Positions 11,073 to 20,599 of a DNA stretch of 64,000 nt are shown here, piece by piece. The notes below the pieces were generated by a model. The model saw nothing but the letters and a program-made list of their open reading frames with translations, searched no databases and was not told where the DNA came from. The DNA comes from an uncultured Acidobacteriota bacterium. GTDB taxonomy: Bacteria > Acidobacteriota > Blastocatellia > RBC074. The stretch lies in NCBI GenBank assembly GCA_963796275.1, contig CAWCKY010000001.1, positions 864,001 to 928,000 on the forward strand, given 5' to 3'. The position numbers and the translations under genes were made by a program. The number at the start of each line of letters is the position of its first letter. Positions within the stretch are counted from its first letter, which is position 1.

Positions 11073-12167
11073 TTACCTTTCTCGTTCAGATATTTGGCCG
11101 ATCATTGCCAATGGTTCGCCCTGGCTGACTGGTGGAGTGCCTAGAATATAAAGGACAGTCCCGCCGAACGGCGCGCGCAGATCGAAAATCCTTTTGCCGA
11201 AGAAATCGGTGACATATCCCATTAAGGTTCCTTTGGCTACCGCGTGACCGCGTTCTGCCAGCGGGTAGAAGATTCCGGTTGCATCGCTTCTCAGCACGGT
11301 ATTACGGTCAATGAAGATGGGGTGCTCGACCATTTTCGGTGAGCCCTCGATCATCTTGAGAAACCGCATGACATTGATCACTCCATGCTCGATTCGCGCG
11401 ATGGATTCGTTGTCGGTCATACCGAGCCCGCCCGATTCGGTAGTAATCGCCGGTTTGCCGCGCGTGGTCGCCGTCGTCGAGCAATATAGCGATCTGTTAC
11501 GATCGGTCGGACGCTCGCGGTCCATCACGATATGGTCCATTCCGAAGGCGAGAGCCATTTGTTTCGATTTTTCAATGACCTCCGGGCCGCCCGCATTGAC
11601 GTCCCAATAGCTGTATGGGCGCAGCGATTCGTTGCCGTCGCCGCAATGCAGGTCAATGACATAATCGGCCCGCTCGATCACTTCCCTGGTGATCTGATAG
11701 GCGATCCGTTCCGAGACAGTCCCATCGATCCGGCCCGGATAGACGCGGTTCAGATTCTTACCGTCGACAGGGCTGTAATAGATAGTGCGTTTGAGAAATG
11801 ACGGCATGTTGGCGACGTGAACCATGATCACAGTTCCCGAAAGGCGCTTCGGGTCGATCTGGGTCAGGAGGCGCTGGAGCGCCACGATCGACGTATATTC
11901 ATATCCGTGATTGCCCGCGATCAAAGCAAAAGCGGGTCCCGGTTGGGAACCGTGAATGACCGAGATCGGTATCGTGGTGGCTTCGTCTGTTGCGGCGGGA
12001 ATCTGAATCATTCCTGAGGCAGTTTCACCGGCTTTTGCTGTGATGGAACCGACTGTAAAGTCCGGGCGCGACTGCGCCGCGATGAGCGCCGATGCTAAGC
12101 AAATGAATGTGAGAATTGTGAAAAGTCTTGTTAGTTCACGACACGGACGAAGGGGTTCATTTTTCAT
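11073..12167 (-). CDS. Succinylglutamate desuccinylase/aspartoacylase (M14-like) family protein, secreted
   Basis: GNHGYE, NLNRVYPG and DLHCG motifs. Start is uncertain because the ATG lies inside a repeat. Confidence 0.85.
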   Translation of the reverse strand: MKNEPLRPCRELTRLFTILTFICLASALIAAQSRPDFTVGSITAKAGETASGMIQIPAATDEATTIPISVIHGSQPGPAFALIAGNHGYEYTSIVALQRLLTQIDPKRLSGTVIMVHVANMPSFLKRTIYYSPVDGKNLNRVYPGRIDGTVSERIAYQITREVIERADYVIDLHCGDGNESLRPYSYWDVNAGGPEVIEKSKQMALAFGMDHIVMDRERPTDRNRSLYCSTTATTRGKPAITTESGGLGMTDNESIARIEHGVINVMRFLKMIEGSPKMVEHPIFIDRNTVLRSDATGIFYPLAERGHAVAKGTLMGYVTDFFGKRIFDLRAPFGGTVLYILGTPPVSQGEPLAMIGQISERER

Positions 12168-12283
12168 TTGTCATTTCCTATATTTCATTTGTCATTGAGG
12201 AGCCGCGAGCTACTGTAATTGATGACATCTCCCTGCTACAGGAGTTTCTTCAATGATAAATGATAAATGGAAAATGGAAAATG
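12157..12283. repeat. Heptamer-periodic inverted repeat, (TCATTTn)n ... (AAATGnn)n
   Basis: tcatttgtcatttcctatatttcatttgtcattga ... tcaatgataaatgataaatggaaaatggaaaatg; ends at the stop codon of the VWA gene. Confidence 0.8.
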
Positions 12284-13402
12284 TTATTTGATCATATCCT
12301 TCTCCTGCGGTTCGCTCTCGGCGCGATACCCCTTGCGCGCGCGCACGGCCACATTCGACTGGTCGACGATTACTTTTATGCGGCGGTAACTGCCGTCGCG
12401 CTTATCGTTCGAAGGATAATAGCTGATCGTATACTGATGGCGCAGTTCATCTGCGATTAACTGGAAAGCCTGTTTGACATCGGTCAGCAGATCGGCTTTG
12501 TACAGCCGCGCGCCGCTGCGATCGACGACCTCACGCATGTAGCGGTCCGCCCGCTTGTAATCCTCCTCACTGGCGCCGGTCGTCGGGATCTGGATGGTGA
12601 CCGGCCTGGATCCGCCCCGAGCCGTCCCAACGCTGCCTCTTCGGACGTCATCCTTTGTATCGTATTGGATTCCATATAAAAGGGCGCCCGATTCTTCGAC
12701 TAGATCGATGGTGCTGGCTCCCGTCGCCAGCCGGCTTCCGGTGTCGACTCCGTCCGTGAACAATACGATAGCCTTGCGGCCTGTGACCTTGGCCAGCCTT
12801 TCAGTCAGAACCAGATCGATCGAATCGTATAGGCGCGTCGCCCCACCGGTTCGTGTTTGCAAGATCGCTTTGCGCAATTTTTTGCGGTCGCTGGTGAACT
12901 CCGAGTCGATATAGACCTGGCTGTCGAATGAAACTATCATCACCCGGTCCTGGTCACGCAGCTGATCGATGAAACTCAGAGCGGCTTCCTGAATATCTTC
13001 GAGTTTGAACCGTGTGCTTCCCGAGGTGTCGAGGATAAGCACGACGTTGAAGGGCACTTCGATCGATTTGAAATTATCGATATTCTGTTTGACGTTCTCT
13101 TCGTATAAAGTGAAGCTTCTTTCGTTGAGATTGGGGATGAATTTGCCGTCACGATCGGTGACTATGACCGGAACGCTGACCAGCGCGGTATTTAATTTTA
13201 CCGTCATGTCCTCCGGGGTCTTCTCTTTGCTGTTTGTTTCCGGACCACCACCCGGATTCTTGAGCACCGGCCGGCTCGGATCACTTTGAGAGTTGACTGG
13301 CTTGACCCCATCCTGGCCCGATTGAGCGAGGATCGCGGGGTTAATAAACGCCGCCATCAACGCAATAAAAAATGTAAGAGAAATCTTCGCATTGGCGCAC
13401 AT
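12284..13402 (-). CDS. VWFA-related (acidobacterial-type) VWA domain protein
   Basis: MIDAS motif DTSGS; GGATRLYDS, RKAIVLFTDGVD and ELRHQYTISYYP...RARKGY; signal peptide. Confidence 0.9.
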   Translation of the reverse strand: MCANAKISLTFFIALMAAFINPAILAQSGQDGVKPVNSQSDPSRPVLKNPGGGPETNSKEKTPEDMTVKLNTALVSVPVIVTDRDGKFIPNLNERSFTLYEENVKQNIDNFKSIEVPFNVVLILDTSGSTRFKLEDIQEAALSFIDQLRDQDRVMIVSFDSQVYIDSEFTSDRKKLRKAILQTRTGGATRLYDSIDLVLTERLAKVTGRKAIVLFTDGVDTGSRLATGASTIDLVEESGALLYGIQYDTKDDVRRGSVGTARGGSRPVTIQIPTTGASEEDYKRADRYMREVVDRSGARLYKADLLTDVKQAFQLIADELRHQYTISYYPSNDKRDGSYRRIKVIVDQSNVAVRARKGYRAESEPQEKDMIK

Positions 13403-13439
13403 GGCCTCCTCCTAATGCTTCTGTTGTTGGGAAGGTGGG

Positions 13440-14165
13440 TTACTTCTTCAGCGCCTCTTTGTGAAATCTTTTTACCAGTTTCTCGGCAGAAGCCTCTTCA
13501 AAAGTCGCATCATAATTAACTTCGCCAACCTCCTCGCCTCGCCAGGGTGCAGTATCGAGCTTTCTTAACATTTTACTCGGGCGATCTCGATATGTTGCTG
13601 CTGTGATTGCAACCGCCTTCAATCGCGCCAGTGCGTTGGGTCCATTATCATCGTTTGCTGGCGTAATCGCTCCGTCGGATGACTTCGAACCGAAGCTGAA
13701 GATGTAATCTCCTTGAACGAGGAAGACTATGTCAGCTTGCTCGGCGGCATCGACTAGTTTTAACTTTTTTTGCTTCCTGAATTGTTCCACGATCTTCTCC
13801 AGAAGCTCCTCGTCCGAACCTCCACCGGGTAATATGAAAGGCGCAGGACGATCCAATATCACCCGTTCCATCCTTGTATTTCCGAGCGTCAATCTTCCCG
13901 AGATAGCATCCGCCTGCGTTGCGATCTGATTTCGGCTCTTCTTCGATGAGTGCCGGTGAAGTTGATCCATCAGGTCGCGGTCATAATAGCCTCTCTTCTT
14001 CCAGGCGAGGATGAAGACCGATTGATCGCTCCTGAAAATATCGGGTTTCTCTTGTGCGTTTGCTACTTGCCCCAAATAACCGCTGAGCTTTCGGTGGCTC
14101 GTCTGCCCTGTGATTACAAGGATAAAAAGCAAGGAGAGAAGTTGTATCTGCGCCGGGTTCTTCAT
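13440..14165 (-). CDS. Hypothetical exported protein
   Basis: 241 aa ORF with hydrophobic N-terminus, co-oriented between the two VWA genes. Confidence 0.65.
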   Translation of the reverse strand: MKNPAQIQLLSLLFILVITGQTSHRKLSGYLGQVANAQEKPDIFRSDQSVFILAWKKRGYYDRDLMDQLHRHSSKKSRNQIATQADAISGRLTLGNTRMERVILDRPAPFILPGGGSDEELLEKIVEQFRKQKKLKLVDAAEQADIVFLVQGDYIFSFGSKSSDGAITPANDDNGPNALARLKAVAITAATYRDRPSKMLRKLDTAPWRGEEVGEVNYDATFEEASAEKLVKRFHKEALKK

Positions 14166-14488
14166 CTAGAAAATCACGGAAAGTTGTGTAAATTAAAGTC
14201 CTACAGAGTCGGTAAATCTCACAAACTCAGCTCCTGGAGCGCGCAATGTCTCTAGCTCATTCTTCTAGCGTCAAATCTGGAAGCAAATCCGGTTCAAGCA
14301 ACTCAGCTCGGTTATCGGCAAAATCCCTATACTCAATAAGAGTTGACTTAGAGACCTTCGCCGATCTGCCAATAAATATCCGCTTACAGAAACCAACCGG
14401 AGCTTATTACTTTAATCGGCAGGTTTCAAATAATCCCGGCCCTTCTGCGCATCGAGCGGTTCACGTTCACCGGGCGCAATAGTTCAAA

Positions 14489-15871
14489 TCAATTGTTCCC
14501 CGCTACTTGTTTACGCTTATAACCGGGCTTTTTGCGGTTCTCTTTCTGATTATCTTTCTGGCCATCGTTTATCGCCTGCGCCTGCACCGCCGGAACAGCG
14601 CGATAGCCATCGCGCGCGCGCACGATGGCGCCTTTCTTACTAACTTTCACCTTTATCTGGCGGTAAGAGCCGTCGCGTACGCCGTTCGATGGGTAATAAC
14701 TGATCGCATATTGATTCCGCAGGTCTTCGGCGATCGCGGAAAATGCATCGGATAGGTTCTGGAGGTTATCCGCATCATAAATCTGTCCACCGCTGTTGGT
14801 GGCGAGGTCTTTCAAGTAACGTTCGGCGAAGCGGTAATCATCGGCGCCCTCAGCCGAGCCGGGTGTTGGTATCGGCCCCTGCCTGGGCCACTGACCGGGG
14901 AAACCGTAGTTTATCAGTTGACTACTGAACGGGATCGGTAAGCGAGGGTCGCTACCGCCGGTGGGAGGAGTTCGCGGGTCGCGCGGATTGCGCGGATTCG
15001 GTGTGCGCGGTTTGCCTGGGACAGGAAAGGGAAGACCTCCGGGACCGCTCAGGACGCCTCCCTGAGCATTGTCGGCTTCGGTATCGTAGCGAACCGGATA
15101 AATAAGCGCGTCCGATTCCTGGACTAGTTTGAGCGTGCTGCGCGCCGAAGACCTTCTGCTAGCTGTATCGACTCCATCGGTGAAGAGGACGATCGCCTTT
15201 CGGCCCTGCACCTGGGGGAGAAACTCCGAGAGGCCCAGATCGACCGCCTCATAGAGCTTGGTGCTGCCGCCGGTGCGCGTCTCGTATATAGCGCGGCGTA
15301 ATTGCTCACGGTCGCTGGTGAATTCGGACCATTGATATACGCTGTTATCGAAGGAGACGATCATCACCTTGTCTTCCGGCCGCAATTGTTTGATGAATGC
15401 AAACGCGGCCGCCTGTATATCCTCGAGCTTGAAGCGCGTGCTGCCCGATGTGTCGAGCGTTAAGACCACATTAAAAGGTACTTCGATCGATGCGAAGCTC
15501 GCGATGTCTTGTTTGACACCATCTTCAAAGATGGTGAAGTTACGCTTTTTTAAATCGGAGAAAAACTTCCCCTCACTGTTAATCACGCTTACCGGGATGG
15601 TGACGAGCGATGTTTCGAGCTTGATCGTTCCGTCATCTGTGACAGTGGTGGGCGTATTGTCAGCGAGAGGTTTGTTTGACGGCTTCTCTTCTTCCTCCTC
15701 CTCCGGCTCATTCTTTGATGTATCCTTGAGCGTCTTTTCTTTGTCTTGTTTTGTCGACTGCGACGGCGATTTCCCTTGCCGCTTGCGACCCGATTGTGCG
15801 GAAACAGGCAGGCTCACCCCTGCGATCAGCAGGATGATAATTAAATAGCGAGCAACCCAATAATGCTTCAT
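14489..15871 (-). CDS. VWFA-related VWA domain protein with Pro/Gly-rich insert
   Basis: DTSGS MIDAS motif and RKAIVLFTDGVD; paralog of 12284-13402; AGGAG RBS. Confidence 0.9.
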   Translation of the reverse strand: MKHYWVARYLIIILLIAGVSLPVSAQSGRKRQGKSPSQSTKQDKEKTLKDTSKNEPEEEEEEKPSNKPLADNTPTTVTDDGTIKLETSLVTIPVSVINSEGKFFSDLKKRNFTIFEDGVKQDIASFASIEVPFNVVLTLDTSGSTRFKLEDIQAAAFAFIKQLRPEDKVMIVSFDNSVYQWSEFTSDREQLRRAIYETRTGGSTKLYEAVDLGLSEFLPQVQGRKAIVLFTDGVDTASRRSSARSTLKLVQESDALIYPVRYDTEADNAQGGVLSGPGGLPFPVPGKPRTPNPRNPRDPRTPPTGGSDPRLPIPFSSQLINYGFPGQWPRQGPIPTPGSAEGADDYRFAERYLKDLATNSGGQIYDADNLQNLSDAFSAIAEDLRNQYAISYYPSNGVRDGSYRQIKVKVSKKGAIVRARDGYRAVPAVQAQAINDGQKDNQKENRKKPGYKRKQVAGNN

Positions 15872-16280
15872 TTGTGTCTCCTTTTCGTGGGTCGAGCATT
15901 ACGCGAGCACCAGCAAAGCGGAAGCAGAGAGCTACGGGCTCAATTTAGCTCAACTCGGTTAGTAGTTTTGAGAATGATTATCAGGGGCGGTTGGGGACCG
16001 CGCGGGCATTATATCTCAAATTATCTCCGAAACAACCAGATAAAGTTGTTAAGATCAGGATAAATGTAAACATACATTAATCGGCCCCGCATTCGGTTTT
16101 GTCTTTGCTTTCTATATTTTTGAGTGAAGACTTACAAATTAGAGTGACCAGTAAAATTCTCTAATCTTGCATTTCAAGCGTAAGTTTTAGTTTCAGTACC
16201 CCCATTCCCGTTGATTTCGCATGTGCCCGCCCGTATGCCCGACTGCCCAGATTGCCCCGACTGTGGTCGGGTAGTACCGA

Positions 16281-17330
16281 TTATCTTGGCTGTCTCGGAG
16301 GTCCCGGTTGGCCTGGTTGCCGATGTTCCGATTGCCCCGGCTGTCCTGGTTGTCCTGGTTGTCCTGTGCTCGACACGTATTTATTTCGCATCCAGGCCTG
16401 TTGATTTTTCAGGACAGATGGGAGCAGGCCGGTCCATGCTTTAGGGAGGACTTCTTGGACCGAAAGGTTTGCGCCGAGGATCAAGATAAAGGCGGTAACG
16501 AATACCCATGTAACGAGCGCCATCAAGGTCGCGAGCAGGCCATAGCTCTCCTCGAATTTAAATAACGGCAGAGACAGCCGGAAAATAAGAGTGGCAGCTA
16601 CCCACAGCACCGCCATCGCTACCGAAGTAAATAAGACCTGATTGGGCTGGACCTTTCCGTTGGGCACGAACTGATAGACCACGAAGAAGAGAAGCACGAT
16701 GAATGGCAGCGATATCAGGGGCCCGATGATCTTGAATACCGTTTGGCGTAAATCGGGAGGGACGGAAATAACCTCGAGCATAAAATCGTAAACGCTGCCC
16801 AGCACGATCGGGATCAATATAACTACGCTGCACCCGATAACTAGAACCAGGTAAACGAGATATTGCTTGACGATCCCCCGTTCTTTGAAACCCCACGCGC
16901 GATTGAGCGCGCTCTCGATCGGCTGAAATATCCCAGAACTCGAGAATACCATCAACCCGAAGGAGATCAGTGTCACTTTGCCGCCCGGTCCTTCGGTTAC
17001 GCGCGATAGACTATCGAAGAGCATCTTTGATTCTTTCGGAACGATAGACCGCAATATCAGATAAAACGTTTCGTAGCCGCGCCGCCATTGCAGAACATTG
17101 ACCAGAAAGCTTCCAACCAACACCACAAATGAGAAGAACGAGAGAAGGATGTTGAAGGCGATGGCCGATGCATTTACATATGTTTCAGTAGTCGTCAGGT
17201 CATAGATCGACGGCCACATCTTTCGGAAAAATGCCCAGCTTCCGCGCACGTAAAATGTCAATCCTCGTGTCGGTGAGGATGTAATATGAGCCGTTTCAGG
17301 AGGAGTATTTATTCTGGTAGTTTCTGCCAT
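16281..17330 (-). CDS. YihY/BrkB family membrane protein with GQP-repeat tail
   Basis: ASAIAFNILLSFF, ESALNRAWG, YQFVPN, SYG and ILILGA motifs; about 6 TM helices. Confidence 0.85.
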   Translation of the reverse strand: MAETTRINTPPETAHITSSPTRGLTFYVRGSWAFFRKMWPSIYDLTTTETYVNASAIAFNILLSFFSFVVLVGSFLVNVLQWRRGYETFYLILRSIVPKESKMLFDSLSRVTEGPGGKVTLISFGLMVFSSSGIFQPIESALNRAWGFKERGIVKQYLVYLVLVIGCSVVILIPIVLGSVYDFMLEVISVPPDLRQTVFKIIGPLISLPFIVLLFFVVYQFVPNGKVQPNQVLFTSVAMAVLWVAATLIFRLSLPLFKFEESYGLLATLMALVTWVFVTAFILILGANLSVQEVLPKAWTGLLPSVLKNQQAWMRNKYVSSTGQPGQPGQPGQSEHRQPGQPGPPRQPR

Positions 17331-17487
17331 AAAAATTGGTCAACTCATGGTCAATAGGCCATTACCATCGTGGTGGCTATGGTCGGAATACTAATGCAAA
17401 AAAAAATCGACAATCTGCAAGGGACAGATGCCAGTTCGTATCTTCGTACCTTCGTAGTACCTTCGTATCATTGAGTTTTCCAGATTT

Positions 17488-19710
17488 TTGCACATGACCC
17501 GTATATTTACCACTTCTCTCTGCCCAAACTTGAGGACATTCGCTAAACTGCGAGGGATGAGTCTTCTCGAAGCCAGAACACCGAACATTTCTACGGAAGA
17601 AGGCCGGTCCCAACGCGTGAAGAGGCGGCGATGGCTGAATATCGCTCTCTTATTTTCCCTGCCGCTGGTGGGGGGATTGAACTTGCTCTTCTGGTGGTGG
17701 ACTCGTCCGCCCAAGCCATTAGCTACGGTCGTGACTCTGGCTATCGCCGGCGACTCAAAGACTCCGATCAGAACAAACCATGAACCGTACGGTGTCGCTG
17801 CTGATGAAGACGGCAATATTTTCTTCAGCGATAGCGTTACCGGGCGGATTTATCTCATCCCTGCTGCTGACTATTCGGCGCAATCGATATCAGAAAACAA
17901 GACGATAATCGCCGAAGGCTTCGATACGCCGTCCGCCATCGCGTTAGATGGAGACGGAAATTTAATCGTCGCGAACACGGGTGCGCACACGATTGCGCGG
18001 ATCGATTTTAAAACCAATAAATGGAGTGTTATAGCAGGCAGAGATGGCGAAAGCGGATTGGCCGACGGTCAGGGGGGTGCAGCGAGATTCAACGGACCGG
18101 TGGGGCTGGCCGTCTCCGATGACGGAACGATATTCGTCGCTGATACATATAACGACAGGATAAGAGCCATATCGCGCGATGGAGAGGTGCGGACGTTGGC
18201 TGGAGGCGGCGACCCGGGGTTGAGGGACGGCGCCGGCGCAGAAGCGCGCTTCGATACACCTTGCGGAATAGCAATCGCCCAGGATGGAACGCTGCTGGTC
18301 GCCGATACCGGTAACAATCGAATACGGCGCGTCGCACCGGATGGCGACGTCACGACGTACGCGGGAGCGGGCGAGGCATCCGATGGGGCACCGTTCGTCT
18401 CCGGATTCTACCGACCTGCGGCGATCGCGGTCCTCGATGAGGATGCATTCTATGTTGCCGATGCGTTGACCGTCCGACTCTGCACTTTCGGAGAACGGCA
18501 ATCGATCAAGCCGCTCACCGGCGGCGAACCATTTGGAATGTTTGACGACGATCTTGCGAGAGCGCGGCTCAACCGGCCGTCCGGGCTCACATTGTTGCCT
18601 GGCGGTCAGCTGGTTTTTACCGACAGCGGCAATGGGCTGGTGCGGGCGATCGTTCCCGCAGACGCGAAGATCGGAGGCCGCGCCGATGCGAGGTCGATAA
18701 TTCTCCCTCCGAATAAGCTGCTGGCGCGTCTCGAACCGCGATGGCCTTACGATCCGCCCCAAGCGCGTCGGGATATCGCCGGCACATTCGGTGAAATCAG
18801 GGGCGAGTTGCTTTCCGATCAAACAGCATGGTTTCACACCGGAATCGATGTTCCCGGCGCTTACGGCGAGACGGTCCGCGCGGTCATCACCGAAAAGGTG
18901 CTGCTCCCGCTTGCCGTCGAAGACCCCGGAGACGGGCGCGAGCGGCTGCGGCTTCCCTTGTTCGAGTATATCCATCTGCGGATCGGGCGCGATCAGAATG
19001 AGCAGCCGATCGGGAATTTCGCGGGTGGGGCCATCACCTTTCGCCGCGACGAGGTAAACGGCATCATCGGCGTCCGCGTGCGGCGGGGGACGCGTATCAA
19101 TGCGGGCGATCAGATCGGCACGCTCAATTCCCTGAACCACGTCCATCTGGTGGCCGGTCCCCCTGCATCCGAAGTCAACGCGCTCTCAGTGCTCCGGCTC
19201 CCAGGATTGACTGATACCGTGCCGCCGGTCATCGAGGGAGTGGCAATTTTGAACGAACTGAACGAACCCGCATACGTGACCGGCAAGATCGCGGAGGTGA
19301 GCGGCAAACTGCGCATCGCGGCGCAAGTTTATGATCGGATAGACGGCAATCCCAAATATCGCAGACTCGGCGTCTACCGGCTCGGTTATCAGGTTCTGAA
19401 GACCAACGGCTCCCCAGCGCCCGGTTTCAATGAGCCCCGTTACAACATCGTCTTCGATCGCCTGCCGGCCGCTCCCAACGCCGTCTTACTGGCCTTCGCT
19501 GACGGCAGCCAATCGGGTTACAGCGGCGCGACCGTATTCAATTATCTCGTGACAAATGTCGTGCGCGGCGGTGATGCGCGCGCAGATTTTTGGAATGCAT
19601 CAGAGCTTGAACCCGGAGAATACAAGTTGAGAGTGATCGCGGAAGATCACTTCGGCAATCAGGCGCAGCGTGACGTCTCAGTAAGAGTCACCGCGCGGGC
19701 GGCCAAATAG
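17488..19710 (+). CDS. Membrane-anchored NHL-repeat beta-propeller fused to an M23-like peptidase region
   Basis: Repeats such as ARFNGPVGLAV..DG.IFVADTYNDRIR; HTGID (HxxxD) and NHVHL (HxH). The true start may be ATG 17557. Confidence 0.8.
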   Translation: MHMTRIFTTSLCPNLRTFAKLRGMSLLEARTPNISTEEGRSQRVKRRRWLNIALLFSLPLVGGLNLLFWWWTRPPKPLATVVTLAIAGDSKTPIRTNHEPYGVAADEDGNIFFSDSVTGRIYLIPAADYSAQSISENKTIIAEGFDTPSAIALDGDGNLIVANTGAHTIARIDFKTNKWSVIAGRDGESGLADGQGGAARFNGPVGLAVSDDGTIFVADTYNDRIRAISRDGEVRTLAGGGDPGLRDGAGAEARFDTPCGIAIAQDGTLLVADTGNNRIRRVAPDGDVTTYAGAGEASDGAPFVSGFYRPAAIAVLDEDAFYVADALTVRLCTFGERQSIKPLTGGEPFGMFDDDLARARLNRPSGLTLLPGGQLVFTDSGNGLVRAIVPADAKIGGRADARSIILPPNKLLARLEPRWPYDPPQARRDIAGTFGEIRGELLSDQTAWFHTGIDVPGAYGETVRAVITEKVLLPLAVEDPGDGRERLRLPLFEYIHLRIGRDQNEQPIGNFAGGAITFRRDEVNGIIGVRVRRGTRINAGDQIGTLNSLNHVHLVAGPPASEVNALSVLRLPGLTDTVPPVIEGVAILNELNEPAYVTGKIAEVSGKLRIAAQVYDRIDGNPKYRRLGVYRLGYQVLKTNGSPAPGFNEPRYNIVFDRLPAAPNAVLLAFADGSQSGYSGATVFNYLVTNVVRGGDARADFWNASELEPGEYKLRVIAEDHFGNQAQRDVSVRVTARAAK

Positions 19711-20345
19711 GTGAGCGTGCGTCCCCGGTTGCCGGCTAATCGCCGCGCCCATGACGTGGGGATTTGGGTCAATTTCGCAGGTGAAATTACGCCGTATTCA
19801 ATGATTTCGAAACCAGCTTTGCGGTAGCGCGGGGTCAATCTCTCCTGTAGATATGCAGGTGTGAGAGACTCAAGTCCGAGGCGCAATAACTCGGATTTAT
19901 CCCGGTCGTGATCGAGACCGATAACAATCTCGAGTTGGCCGCCTCTCATGCAGATGCGCCGCAGATTTCGAAGTACGTCTTTATCACCGACCGCTACAGC
20001 ACGCAGCAAACTGCCCCAGGGGAAATTAATGTGAACAGCGCCGGCCACGTCGTCTAATTCCGCTGGCAATGTCTCGACGGCAGATTGTATGAAGAGTGCA
20101 TTTGGCAGGCCGCCCTTCGCAGTCTTCCGGTAAATCTTTCGGGATATCTTCTCCAGCGCGCCGGCTTGTGCGTCTATTCCAATGTAGTATCGATCGGGAT
20201 GCTGTCGGGCGGATTGGTAAACAAATTGGCCGTCCCCTGTCCCTATATCCATGGATACAGCCCCGCCCTTATATGGTGCGATCAACTCATGAAATGTTGG
20301 TCAATCGAATTAGTGGATAGTTTTGCCGCGAATTACATTGAGCAT
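19659..20345 (-). pseudogene. 16S rRNA m1A1408 methyltransferase homolog (NpmA/KamB family) with two premature stops; the downstream ORF 19659-20285 is intact
   Basis: Motifs DIGTGDG, YYIGIDA, KTAKGGLPNALF, LPAEL, INFPWGSLL and TSWARRL. An in-frame ATG at 20345 (AAGGA RBS) reads MLNVIRGKTIH*FD*PTFHELIAPY. Confidence 0.8.
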
Positions 20346-20442
20346 AAGATTTCCTTGCTAGCCCGAGTATAAACGGTGCTGCTGTGAGCCGCAATCGCAC
20401 AAGTTTGTAGGATGCCTCAGGGAGACGCAGCCGGTGAATCTA

Positions 20443-20523
20443 TACCGCGAGCTGTGGCGAGCGGTATTCTCGGGGGGAATCATTTGCGCGAGCCGCGCCG
20501 ACGCCGCTCGCATTACCGATTCG
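20443..20523. repeat. REP-like palindromic element, degenerate copy
   Basis: taccgcgagctgtggcgagcg matches copy 1 at 19 of 21 bases; partial right arm ccgctcgc. Confidence 0.55.
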
Positions 20524-20599
20524 TCAGCAGTGTCTCGGTCCCCGCCCCAAGGGCTACGCAACCTATAATACTCGCGGCTAATTCTGGCAGAAGGTTGAG

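Noticed and set aside
14166-14488. Possible gene remnant between the hypothetical gene and the second VWA gene
   Set aside because: Only short interrupted frames with no recognisable family.
19659-19710. 52 bp convergent overlap between the NHL gene and the methyltransferase gene
   Set aside because: Short 3' overlaps are common, and the overlapping tail lies beyond the conserved methyltransferase core.
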